A stretch of DNA of 64,000 bases from the human T2T-CHM13v2.0 reference genome, Homo sapiens. The stretch is from the NCBI RefSeq assembly GCF_009914755.1, contig NC_060931.1. The stretch is one strand, 5' to 3'. A model generated the notes under the pieces. The model did not search any database. It saw only the letters and a list, made by a program, of their open reading frames with translations, and was not told the origin of the DNA. Below, in pieces: positions 1-12,360 of the stretch. How positions within the stretch are numbered: the stretch's first letter is position 1; each line of letters starts with the position of its first letter. The translations under genes and the position numbers were made by a program.

Positions 1-111
1 TATCTAAACACAGAAAAGGTAAAATAAAAATACTGCATTATAATCTTATGAGACCACCCTCATATAAGTTGTCTGCCACTGACCTAAATGTTGCTACGTG
101 GCACAAGACTG
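1..111. mobile_element. Tigger3-family (TcMar-Tigger) DNA transposon end, cut by the window edge
   Basis: Resembles the Tigger3 terminus (tatctaaaca.agaaaaggta...attataatcttatg.gaccacc...gactg) followed by a TA target dinucleotide. Confidence 0.8.
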
Positions 112-764
112 TACTTAATTTGGTGGCTGACTTGTAAGGACAGAAACAGAATTGTCAATTTTCCTACAGATGTATGGTTGAAGTGATGTTACAGGATCAC
201 AGCAAAATAGCCTCTACATTTTCCCCACTTGACCTCTAATAAAGACCGTCAGTCTTATCTTTATAAAAATAAGGCCTTCCCTCAACTCACAAATTTAATC
301 CTATAAAATATTCTAAAAACACACGGTTTCCAGATACACCAGGAGTTTGCAATCTGACATCTGAAATGGTTGCACCTTTAAAAATCTGTAGTTTTCAGAC
401 TGACATATTACCAAAGCAATGACTATTGTATAATTTGAATACTTTATCAATATCACATTTTTCTCATAATTACTAAAATGATAGAATAATAACTGAATTT
501 CAAATCCAGGCAGAATGAAGTGCAACTTTATAATCTTTTATATCCTGTTAATTTCATAGAAATTGAACCTACTCATCTACATTATAATAACAAAGAAAAT
601 AACACTGTTGGTAGATGCTATGTGGATGTAGAGATGAGGCTGTGTGTTATTTACCATTACTTCATAGGTTTGGAACTGTCAGACAATCACCAAAATCTTA
701 TTTGCTGTTAAATTACGTGCCTCAATTACTGTAGTGGCTACAATGTGAGCTGGATGCTTCTTAC

Positions 765-808
765 TAGGTAATAGGCCCCCTGGGTACGTGGGTTCTCTTT
801 AGATGTGG
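765..808 (-). other. Candidate spliced exon (44 nt; alternative donor at 717 gives 92 nt)
   Basis: Minus strand: pyrimidine-rich acceptor tttgtcttctgtcttcatgtttctcttag|CCACATC; donors CTA|gtaaga (765) or CAC|gtaatt (717); no repeat recognised here. Confidence 0.35.
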
Positions 809-1059
809 CTAAGAGAAACATGAAGACAGAAGACAAACCAATGCTGTGTGTACAGTTCACTGATGACTTTCTTTCACAAAAAGTTGCCTTAGTGACTAAG
901 CTGCTAACCAAATTCTTCTTCTGTTTTCCTTTTCTGGCAATTATCAGTTAGTATTGATTTACTATCCAGAAATCCCTGTTGTTTATAACCTGTCGTGAGG
1001 CAAATAGTACCTAAGAAGACCACCCATGTTTTCTCTGGAAGCTATGAAGGGAGGGCAAC

Positions 1060-1222
1060 TCACATTCACAGAAAGGCTCTTATGTGTTAGGTACTGTGTG
1101 AAATATCCAATATACATAATTTCACTTACCCTTCACTCCACCAGTAGGTGCATATGGCTTCTATTTTACAAATTAGAAAAACAGAAGCTCACCGAGAAAG
1201 TTAAAAAACTTCCTATTGTCAC
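1060..1222 (-). mobile_element. MIR SINE fragment
   Basis: Reverse MIR core: ctattttacaaattagaaaaacagaagctcaccgagaaagttaaaaaacttcc. Confidence 0.65.
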
Positions 1223-1996
1223 TTATCATTTGAATATTGACATTTCTGGATCTTATTCATTTTGCTTATTACAAGTTACAATAACAAAAGAAGTTGTATA
1301 AATTATATAGTGGTTTCTTCATGGATTAAGATTAGTCATAAGTTTTCAGTAATAGGCATTACAGATATTTCCCATATTTTATGCACATATCAAATAATAT
1401 TTACTTTTAATAAAAGGTCATAGATAACCTTTGGGGGTATACATTTTTAAAATTGTATTTCAGCCTTTTTTCATAAAACCTGATTTTCAGCCTCAATCAT
1501 CCAAAATTCTATCTCATTGCAGCTTATGTTACAAACCCAATCAAAACAAATAAATGAATAAAAATTAACACAGAGGATCAGACAATATAAAGATCAGAAG
1601 CAAATAAAATTAATTTAAAAATCTAAGTCTATTAACCTCAAACAAATAAAAGGAGATCATATCCCTAAAAATAAAAGGTAATTAAAAGAAATCAAGATAC
1701 CTGTTTTGTTCCCAAAATTACCACTGAATATACCATTTATAGGAAAACTATTTTTTAAATTTAAACTTCCCCATTTGTGGAAGTATAGGAGTGGATGGGA
1801 TGAGCACCAAGGTTTCTCTCACTTCATAAACTATTGTCATCTCTAGTTGGGAAAAGAATAAACTGAAATTGTCCAGAGGATGCTTTCTAGAAATTTTTTA
1901 TTTGTTAATTTTTGGAAACCATAAGAATTACAGAATTAGTTCTATCATTATGGAAAGATAAGAATTTATGCTGAAGATACAATTATATATATTTGT

Positions 1997-2321
<325 letters not shown>

Positions 2322-2440
2322 TCAGTTCTTGTGAAGCTGTCAGAAAAAAAGTATATTGCCTTGGGTACAAAAAAAGTAACCAATTTATTCTTATTGATCT
2401 GTTTTCCTGTAATTTTTGATAGGCTTCAAACATAAGTGGC

Positions 2441-2825
2441 AAGCACTGTTCACAATAGCTAATTTTGGAAGCAACCTAAGCTTCCATCAACAGATGCATG
2501 GATAAAGAAAACGTATAGCGCATATACACAATACAGTATTATTCAGACTTAAAAAATAATAAGATCCAGTCATTTGCAACAATATGGATGGAACTAGAGA
2601 TCATTACGTTAAATGAAATAAGCCAGGCACAGGAAGTCAAATATCACATCTCACTTATTTGTGGGATCTAAAAATCAAAATAATTGATCTGAGGGACATA
2701 GCAGAAGGATAGTTCCCAGAGGCTGGAAAAGGGAATCGGGGGCTTATGGTGTGGATGTGAGGATGGTTAATGGATAAAAAAAAATAGAATAAATAAGATC
2801 TAGTATTTGATAGCACAGCATGGTT
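2441..2825 (+). mobile_element. L1MA-type LINE-1, ORF2 end and 3' UTR fragment
   Basis: L1 ORF2 C-terminal sequence (ttcacaatagc...ggataaagaaa...ggatggaactagag) and an MA-type 3' UTR. Confidence 0.85.
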
Positions 2826-3683
2826 AAAAAAACATAAGGGGCAAGAAATATATTGATAATTGTATACCTGTATCACACACTTTTTAAGAAAATGAGAAAA
2901 TATAACTTAGGTCATGCTAAAATTAGAAGAACTGAAAGATTTACAAAACCCATATAAATCATAATGTAATCTCCTATGCCAAAACATTATTACTCAGAAA
3001 ACAAGTAAGTTGGCAAATGTGAACACCTTTCCACACACACTGAGAACAAGAGAATGGATGATAATTTTTTTAAAGTATGGAAAACTTGGAAGACACTTTT
3101 ATACGATAAGTTAAAATGTCTATTATAGAACTCACTGGGTAAACTTCAAGGTATAAAATTAGTTCTAGACGAGCAATTTATTAGTAGAGCAAGTTTCAAG
3201 AATGAAACTGAAGTTGTGTCACAAAATTGAAGATCAGGTTCTTACATTCTATATTTTATTTTAGACTGCCAATCATCTCCTTTGAGAATCAACTAAATTT
3301 CTGAGAATATCATTCCTGCCAGCTGGAGGCAAGAGCAAAATTCATTACCATGTAGCTGCCCTATCCCTAGACCCCAACTTTATCAGAACAGATGCTAGTG
3401 CCCAGGTAACTGGCCATCCATCATCTAGTCAAATATGATCTTTAAAATAGTTGGATCCTCTGGCAAGGTCACTACCCCTATCTGGAAGGAAAAAATCCAT
3501 GTAAAATTGAGAACAGGAGGTCAATTTTCTTTTTCTGCCATGATTAAGAAGAGGGAGCCTCCACCACTGGAAGGGAGCAAATGCATTAACCTCCCTGACT
3601 GGCAGGTACCCATTAAAGTGATGATATAATTCTTCACAGTGCTTGCAGTGAATGACTGCTGGGATTTATCACTTCAAAACAGA

Positions 3684-3687
<4 letters not shown>

Positions 3688-3743
<56 letters not shown>
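3688..3743. repeat. (TG)28 microsatellite followed by a GA-rich tract
   Basis: Uninterrupted TG run seen directly. Confidence 0.98.
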
Positions 3744-3747
<4 letters not shown>

Positions 3748-3923
3748 GGAGAGACAGACAGAGATGGAGACAGAGAGACACAAAGAGACAGAGACAAATG
3801 AAGAACCTGAATGTTGGGAGAGCAGCAAGCAGGGGCAAGCAGGTGGTGGAAAAACTTTTACTTCAACAATAATTCTTTCACTTTGCAATAGGGAAAAGAA
3901 ACATGACAATTAAAACTGATGCA

Positions 3924-4229
3924 GGCCAGGTCGCGGTGGCTCACACGTGTAATCCCAGCATTTTAGAAGGCCAAGGTGGGAGGATCATTTGAGCCCAGGA
4001 GTTCCAGACCAGCTTGGGCAACATAGTGAGACCTCATCTCATCTCTCCAAAAAAAATAAAAAATAAAAAAAATGCCAGGCATGGTGGTGTGCACCTGTGG
4101 TCCTGGCTACTTGGGAGGCTGAGGTGGGAGGATAGTTTAAACCTGCAAGGTTGAGGCTGCAGTGAGCATGGCCACACCACTGCACTCCAGCCTGGGTGAC
4201 AAAGCAAAACCCTGTCTCACAAAAAACAA
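3924..4229 (+). mobile_element. AluJ
   Basis: J diagnostics (gagcccaggagtt, gggcaacatagtgagac, gaggctgcagtgagc); 12-bp TSD aaaactgatgca at 3912-3923 and 4230-4241. Confidence 0.93.
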
Positions 4230-4505
4230 AAAACTGATGCAAATAATATCAAGAAATGAGCATATCAGTTATAGTTCATAGTACTAAAAATAATATAAAT
4301 TAACAGATATGATATTGAGGCATTTAAAACTATCAAGTCTCAGCCTGCTTTTGTAAAACTTGTCAATTACAGCCCTCAGAGAGCCTCCTTATTTTCCTTG
4401 TAAAGATTAAAACAATATTATTATACCTGAATTGTTAAATGCCTTCAAACTGCTAAAATCTTTTTAGTGTGAACATTCCTGAATATAAAAATATTAACTA
4501 AATGA

Positions 4506-4830
<325 letters not shown>

Positions 4831-5917
4831 TATAATTTTATTTTTCAAAGGCAAAATTACTGGCAGAAGTTGTAACTCCTTCTATAAAATCAATTATATT
4901 TGCAATATTTATACTTCATATCTTTAATATTCAATGACATAGCATAGTACATCTGACATTTTAAATTATATTTTATTATAAATTATCTATGGGGAATTTA
5001 GGTTGTAGGATGACAAGTATTTAGCACATTTCTCTTAGTAAATAAAGATAAATTTTATGCACAGTGGCAAATTGCCATGGGTAAAATAATAATTAATTTC
5101 CAATGTAATTGACTACCCTACTATATGACCAAAAAGACTCCTTATGTCCACCAAAAAGACAAAAACATACTTTTTGATCTGATAATAGCAAATTCGTTAA
5201 GTACATTATAAACAGAAGCTTAATGTTTTCAGTAGGGTTTAATCTAATGGGCAAGTTTGCACACCTGGTGTAATTTGAAGGGGGAACATGTAAAGGGCCC
5301 CTTGAGCCCAATTATTTAATCCTCCCCTAGTTACTCGTGTCATTAAAGTTTTACAACTTTTATATTTTTGACTTTCAAGAGACTCTATTAAAATTTTGGG
5401 ACCCCTGGGATGTATTATACTTAAACCTTTATTAACTAAAAACTTTGCTTTGTCTTAACACTTGAACTAGATCTAGCATAAATATAACACTAGATAAACC
5501 TAGGAGAGGGATGATTTTCAAGGGAGAAAATGAGGATAATATTAGGTGAGGGCTACGTGTTTAGGGGTAGGGGGAAAACATGAAGGTTGATCCAAATGCA
5601 GTTTTCATAGTGTTGCCCTGAAGGGCCCTGGCACACAGATTTGCTATTTTGCTGCAATAAGGAGGCCAGAGCCAATTACACTGTTCACTTCTGTCTCAGT
5701 TTCCTGGAGGCAACGAGACACACTCTGTGACATATGAGGGTATGTCCCAAAAGTCTAGGTAATTTGGTCAAAAATTTACCTTACCCTTCCCCATGACAGA
5801 AAACAAAACAAAACAAAACAAAAACAAACAAAAAAACCAACTTATATCTATGGTAAATTCAGTGTTCAGTGTGGGGGATTTTCTTCATTTCCAATTTTGA
5901 CTCTGCTTCCGTATCTT

Positions 5918-6083
5918 CTAGATTCTCTACCTGGGTTGCACATTGGAATCTCCTGGAAGCTCTTAAAATGTTGATGCCTGGGACCCTTGCCAAGAGAGTA
6001 TGGCCTATTTGATCTGTCACTGGAATTTTAAAAAAATTTCCCCAGGTAATTCTAATGTGACAAAGATTGAGAACTTCTGCTGT
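5918..6083. mobile_element. MER5A-family hAT-Charlie DNA transposon
   Basis: tgcacattggaatctcctgg...ccccaggtaattctaatgtg...ttgagaacttctg. Confidence 0.75.
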
Positions 6084-7871
6084 AGAATGTTTCTGCTAAT
6101 GCTCAGCTATTAGATAAGGTACATACATAGTATTTACTTAGTCCCTGGGTTCACAAGCTTGTAGATCAGTCACAAAGAATTGCCAAGACATCAAACTTGC
6201 CAGAATGTTCCAGCCATTACTTAATCCCAAGTCAATAATAGTAGGAAAATAAAACTGACCACTACTACTTGACATTGTAGACAAGATCAAGAAGGGGAGT
6301 GAGAAAAAAATCTTGCTTGACTATTACATCAACATATTAATAATGGATGTAAAAATGTTGATCCTCACATTCTTGAGTATTATTGTCTGTTTTTTGGAAT
6401 GGCCATCAAACCATCTAATAAAAATACAAATTGATCATTGATGAGATTTAATCCTGTCAAATCCACTCCATTTTTAATTAAGCAAGTGTTTATTTTAGAG
6501 GAATTAGAAAATACTCATAGACCCTTTTTATAGATAATAAGGCATTGTCTTCAATTTGTACAGGAATAAAAATTCAGCTCTGATGAGAATATGCAATATC
6601 TACCAATTTCTTTTGGTCTATATCTTTTCACAAGAGGATTTTAACTGTATTGTGTATTGTAAGCTTCTCATATTTCTAGAGGTTTCACACATTTATATGA
6701 TTTTAACACATCATCTTTACAGTAAGAGGTGGAGTAATACAATATTGCATATCCCAGTAGATATATACTAATATAGTGTACTTGCGTGCTTCCAAACTTT
6801 TTCCTTCAAACATTGAACCATGAAGAAATGCCACAGATTTCCAAGGTTATCAATACTTTCCTCTTCTAGTAGAGAAAATGTATCTCTCTCCTCTCCACAG
6901 AGAAAAAGGATTTTTCGATAGAATATTCCTTATCAATTGTTATGATTTTTACCTGGCAAAAGTTGAGATAGAAACTCACTCTATTTATTAAAACCACAAA
7001 ATCTGGTAGTTGTGTAAAACTGCCCTAAAAGCTACAAAGCAAATGTGGTTTCTCCTAAATATTTATATACATATTCCATGATGTGGCTAGTTGACATTTG
7101 GTGAAATGTCCCTTGTCTGGCCAATGAGATAACCCTCGTGGTGAATCTAATTTGATGAATCTAATGCTCAAGAAAATAATTATATGTATAATATCACACT
7201 TTTTTTGTAATGGCTAATCTTGAATATCTCATTGGCAGAAAGTTATTTTTAAAAGATGGTGTTTCATCACTCAGATTTATTATAATTAAAAGGGGACTAA
7301 ACTTAAAAAAATAAGTCTGTGTTGAAATCTACAAGTTTGATTTTAGCAGCTGTCAACTTTCCAAATTTTTTGGTAAACTTCTTGTGGTTCCTGTAGTCTG
7401 TAGGGTTTTTAAGACCCTAAGGTAAGAAATCTAGCTATCTAAAAGACTTCCAGCCATATTTAACTCATGCAGTTATAAATGGTGGCAGGACAATTGTACT
7501 AAGTGCTTGCCAATGTTACAAATGAATGCCTTCTTTGGGTTAGTCTTAAATATGTTTTTTTTTTTTTTTAATGAGAAAACAGACATTTTAGGATGAAAAG
7601 ATTCAAAGAAATGTCAAAGGATTCTAATGCTTCATTTTCTACTAAAACCAGAATTAAACAGCATTTATAGTTGCCCCAATGATTACAGTCCTCTATTCAG
7701 TAGATGAGCTTTTCAGAAGGTCTGAGGTGATCTACTTCTTAACTACCTGCAGCTAAACATTTCTAAGTGGGTAAGGGTCTAGAGCAATCAAATCTCCATT
7801 CAGAATTTGAGGTTGGAGTCATAGTGAAGGTTCCCCTCTATTCTCCAATAGCAACATTAAATGAAAGAAGA

Positions 7872-8203
7872 GTCCTAGTGCGGTGGCTCATGCCTGTAAT
7901 CCCAGCACTTTGGAAGGGCGAGACAGGTGGATCACCTGAGTTCAGGGGTTCGAGACCAGCCTGGCCAACATGGTGAAACTCTGTCTCTACTAAAAATACA
8001 AAAAAGAAAAAAAATTGCCCAGGCATGGTGGTGGGTGCCTGTAATCCCAGCTACTTGGGAGGCTGAGGCACGAGAATCGCTTGAACTCCGCGAGGCAGAG
8101 GTAGCAGTGAGCCGAGACCGCGCCATTACACTCCAGCCTGGCAACAAAAGTGAAACTGCGTCTCAAAATAAATAAGTAAAGTAATTAAAATAAATAAATA
8201 AAA
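7872..8203 (+). mobile_element. AluS (Sq-like)
   Basis: Full dimer with ggcaacaaaagtgaaact 3' diagnostic and patterned A-rich tail. Confidence 0.92.
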
Positions 8204-8466
8204 GAGACTGTTGCATGTTCCAATTGTTGCAACATATGAAAAGTATTTTCTAAGAAAGAAGCATACAATGTCTGTTATTTCGGTACAAGAGATTAAAAGT
8301 TACGATTCATTAGTTTTATTTTTTTTACCCCAAAGAAATAAAAAAATTATCATTTCATGAATGCTAAGAATGGTTTTAGGCCCCTAAAGACAAATTTGTC
8401 CAAAAATGGTTTTATTTCACTGAAAAGGTAATCCAGGTGGCTGATTTCCTCCACCCTCTGAATTGA

Positions 8467-8558
8467 TCTTTGTCTAGAAAGTGTGCTTGCTTGTTAAAAA
8501 ACAGTACCCCCTTGAAATTTTATGCATAGAAGAAGCAAACACACTTCCTAGACAAAGA
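8467..8558 (-). other. Inverted repeat / predicted RNA hairpin (26-bp stem, 40-nt loop)
   Basis: Arms 8467-8492 and 8533-8558 are complementary at 24/26 positions; both exceptions are G-U pairs in minus-strand RNA. Confidence 0.85.
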
Positions 8559-8635
8559 AAGAAAGTCTTTGGAGAGGAGCAGCTCTCAAGCTAGCAACCC
8601 CACGTAAGCTGTATGTACACTGTTAAATTACTTAC

Positions 8636-8659
8636 GGCTGAAACTTTTGATGAGTCTAC
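8636..8659 (-). other. Candidate 24-nt microexon GTAGACTCATCAAAAGTTTCAGCC
   Basis: Minus strand: ttctctattttgtgagtccctctag|exon|gtaagt; branch-point-like gctaat upstream; frame-preserving length. Confidence 0.45.
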
Positions 8660-8790
8660 CTAGAGGGACTCACAAAATAGAGAACTCTTGAAATACATGC
8701 CGTGGATTAGCTACATTCATCTTACTGTGTGCATACATGCTGAGTAAGATAAGGCAAAGAGATGGGCATTACATTCAAAAAAGATATTAC

Positions 8791-8815
8791 GTTTTGTTCT
8801 GATGCTCTGTAACTT
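8791..8815 (-). other. Candidate exon with a strong acceptor (25 nt; alternative donors at 8726 and 8636 give 90 or 180 nt)
   Basis: Minus strand: ctgacttttttttctgtttcttcctttag|AAGTTACAGAGCATCAGAACAAAAC|gtaata; further donors ACA|gtaaga and GCC|gtaagt. Confidence 0.5.
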
Positions 8816-9192
8816 CTAAAGGAAGAAACAGAAAAAAAAGTCAGATAATGATATTTCAGAGATAGTTGTGTTTAACATTAATTTGCACTTAAAAAGAAAG
8901 CCTAAAATACGTCAAGTTTCTTTACAACTATAAAGGCAATTATACTAAATCAGGTAAATAAGATGTTTTAAATATCACAACATAGCTATTATATTTCTGT
9001 ACTTTGAATATGATGATACAACGTATATACATTGTGCCTGTCTTAATTTTGATGTATTATTGCAATAAAAATAATACAATGTGTTAATACTATCAATGTA
9101 ATTTTAAAACTTTATTTAATATTTAAAACCAAATACTCTGAATTCAAAGCTTTTCCACCATTAATGGAAAGCATTTTACTCAGGTTTTTACA

Positions 9193-9245
9193 TAAAGGCT
9201 AAAGTAATGCCATACATTACTAAAGGCTAAACTAATGACATACAT
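9193..9245. repeat. 28-bp tandem duplication
   Basis: taaaggctaaagtaatgccatacat(tac) followed by taaaggctaaactaatgacatacat; 2 mismatches. Confidence 0.9.
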
Positions 9246-10124
9246 ATTCTTTGAAACACGGATAGTAAAGAATTTATATTTTTGCAATGTAAAAGAGCGA
9301 GTATCACATCAATTATAATATGAAAGTTTCTATTTATCGCAATATTGATTTTAACGAATTACCATTCATATTTGGTTGTTCCAGTTCTTTGTTTTTGGAG
9401 TCATTAAGAACCATGCTCACTCATTTCCAATTAGTTAGATGTGTCTTCCCAAGTAATAGGTGGCTACCAGCTTTCTAGTTTTCAGGCTCAATGAAGCAGT
9501 GGTAGTCAGTTTTGGCTCAAAATCAAGGCTGTGGCCTCTGCAACCATCACATCTACTTTAATCTCCTCCAGGGCTATTCCTTGACAAATTTCCTGGACAG
9601 CATAATTAACCTCTTCCCATAGCACTTCCAAATGCTCCACACACAGTTCCCAGGGAATCAGCCAGCAGTGCCATAAATGTTTTAAGTTAGAAACAACAAA
9701 AAATATGCATTTCTAAAAGTAGAGTATTAATGAATACAATTAGCCCAATGTTGATTGCACAAACATATTTTAAAATGTTGTATATTAATTACATCCTTTA
9801 TAAGTGAAGGGGACATTGCCACAAAATTAAAAGTCTGGGAGACTATATTTAGGTTATCTTTTAGCTTTAAAGGCAACATTATCACTGGGTCTTCTTGAAG
9901 AATACACACATACAAACATATGCACATGCACATTCACATACAAGAGAAATGATTTTGCTGGGTAATTTCCGTATGTAATTTTAGACAATAATTATAAAAC
10001 ATGTCTAGAATTTACAAAATCAGGTTTTCAAATATTAATAAATTATATATGCTTCAAATAAATGCCGTGCTATATTGATCGAGCTGGTAAAATCTCTTCA
10101 AGGCTTTTAATATAAATGTACCAT

Positions 10125-10702
10125 TGTCAGAGGCATGTGATCCAGAGCAACTCCATCTTGAATAGGAGCTAGGTAAGATGAGGCTGAAACCTACTGGGCT
10201 GCATTCCCAGATGGTTAAGGCATTCTAAATCACAGGATGAGATAGGAGGTCAGCATAAATTACAGTTCATAAAGACCTTGCTGATAAAACAGATTGCAGT
10301 AAAGAAGCCACCTAAATCCTACCAAAACCAAGATCGCCACGAGAGTGACCTCTGGTGGTCCTCACTACTACACTCCCTTCAGCACCATGACAGTTTACTA
10401 ATGCCATGGCAATGTCAAGAAGTTACCCTATATAGTCTAAAAAGGGGGGTGGAGGCGCATGAATAATCCACCCCTTGTTTAGCATATCATCATGAAATAA
10501 CCATAAAAATGGGCAACCAGCAGCCCTCAGGGCTGCTGTCTGTGGAGTAGCCATTCTTTCATTCCTTTACATTCTTAATAAACTTGCCTTCACTTTGCAC
10601 TGCAGACTCGCCCTAAATTTTTTCTTGCGTGAGATCCAAGAGCAAAGGGGTCCCGATACAGTCCTCTCTTGGGGTCTGGATCGAGACCCCTTTCCTGTAA
10701 CA
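10125..10702 (+). mobile_element. MER41A solo LTR (ERV1)
   Basis: TG...CA termini (tgtcagaggc...cctgtaaca), MER41 body, AATAAA signal; lacks the tandem GAS segment typical of MER41B. Confidence 0.9.
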
Positions 10703-11215
10703 TATTTCTCTGTCCTGTAATGTCATGAGTTCAAATTCAGGATCATTTTAAAAAGCTTTCAATATTGCTGTAATTTTTAAAAAAGATCTTGTGTTGTTGT
10801 TGTTGGTTTTTAAAAAAAGATAAAATCTTTGTTGTTTAGTGTAACTGCATACCAAACATTAAATATATTGTATATATTTTATAAGCTAGTAGAATATCAT
10901 AATTAATGCATAGCCCAGATTCTTTTCCCTTTTTAATTGGAAAGTATCCAAATTGCAGAAGGAGAAAAACATCCCTATTCTTATTCTAAAGGGGAAAAAA
11001 AGCAAATGAAGTTAGAGGTACATGGCCATTATTAACTAGACATTCTGTAACAAATTATAATTAAATGGAAATATATTGCTTTCACCTGCATCCATCAGGA
11101 TTTTTTTTTAAGAATCAGGAGAGCTAGGAATGGTAAAAATATGAATTCTACTTTGGATAATAATTTGATATCATATTTACTTATATATTTTAGCTACCTA
11201 CAGGTGTGTACTTAC

Positions 11216-11480
11216 ATGTATATACACAGAAAATAAAAAATGAGGAAAACTATTTTTTCCACATACTATTTTCTCCTCCTCCTTGAAATAGCAACCTCTG
11301 TTGCCAGTAGAAACTTTACTAATTGAAATATTTATTTTCCTTGCCGGAGCAAATAAGACGTTAAACTAAGCAACAGTATTGGTTAGAGTGAGGAGACAGG
11401 AAATTCAGCTCACACCCAGCTACCCTTGCCCAGCGCCCCTCCTCTCCTCCTTTTCCTTCTCACTGCTCCAGGCACTGCAG
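11216..11480 (-). promoter_or_regulatory. Candidate promoter and first (or 5' UTR) exon of a minus-strand transcript
   Basis: Consensus donor CAT|gtaagt at 11216/11215; X-box-like gttgccagtagaaac (11300-11314); CCAAT on minus (11378-11382); GC-box-like ggaggggcgc on minus (11433-11442); locally raised GC; no repeat recognised. Confidence 0.35.
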
Positions 11481-12014
11481 AGGCCTCTCAGGGAAGTTCC
11501 TGTGCTGCAGGTGCTTTACTTTGTGTAGCACTTTTTAAACTCAATAAATGACTTTTCTTATGAAAAAAAAAAAAAAAAGAAATGTCCTAGGTTCTGAGTA
11601 AGTGTTGTTACAAATTACTTGAGTTAAGATGAGTTGTTCTCCTTTGTTTTAAAGTCTATCTAAAATATTAGTGCAAATTATTAGGAAAATTAGCAGAAAA
11701 TGATACTGATTTTCTTAACCTGTTGCCTTCTCATCCATCCTTCCCATGCTGCTTAGAGGAGTGGAGAGTATGAGATATTCCTAATGTACACCATATTCCC
11801 ATTACAGGGTACTTCCAAAAGTCCACAGATTGCCTATACCATAATTAATTCATTTGCTTAATCCTTAGAGTTTACTACAGAAATAATTATTATCCGGAAT
11901 CTTCCAGATAGACTGCTCACCTCAGCAATGGGGAAGATCCCTAGACTGTAAAAAATTGTATGTAATATTTCTTTCTCCCAAATGTTGAGTCTCTACACAA
12001 AACAGCTGGTTGTT

Positions 12015-12360
<346 letters not shown>

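Noticed and set aside
8647-8743. Plus-strand C/D box snoRNA (TTGATGA ... CTGA)
   Set aside because: The C box is imperfect, there is no convincing terminal stem or recognisable rRNA guide, and nearby signals favour the minus strand.
10125-10702. MER41 as an interferon-gamma-inducible STAT1 enhancer
   Set aside because: This copy is A-type and lacks the tandem TTCCGGGAA-type GAS segment of MER41B.
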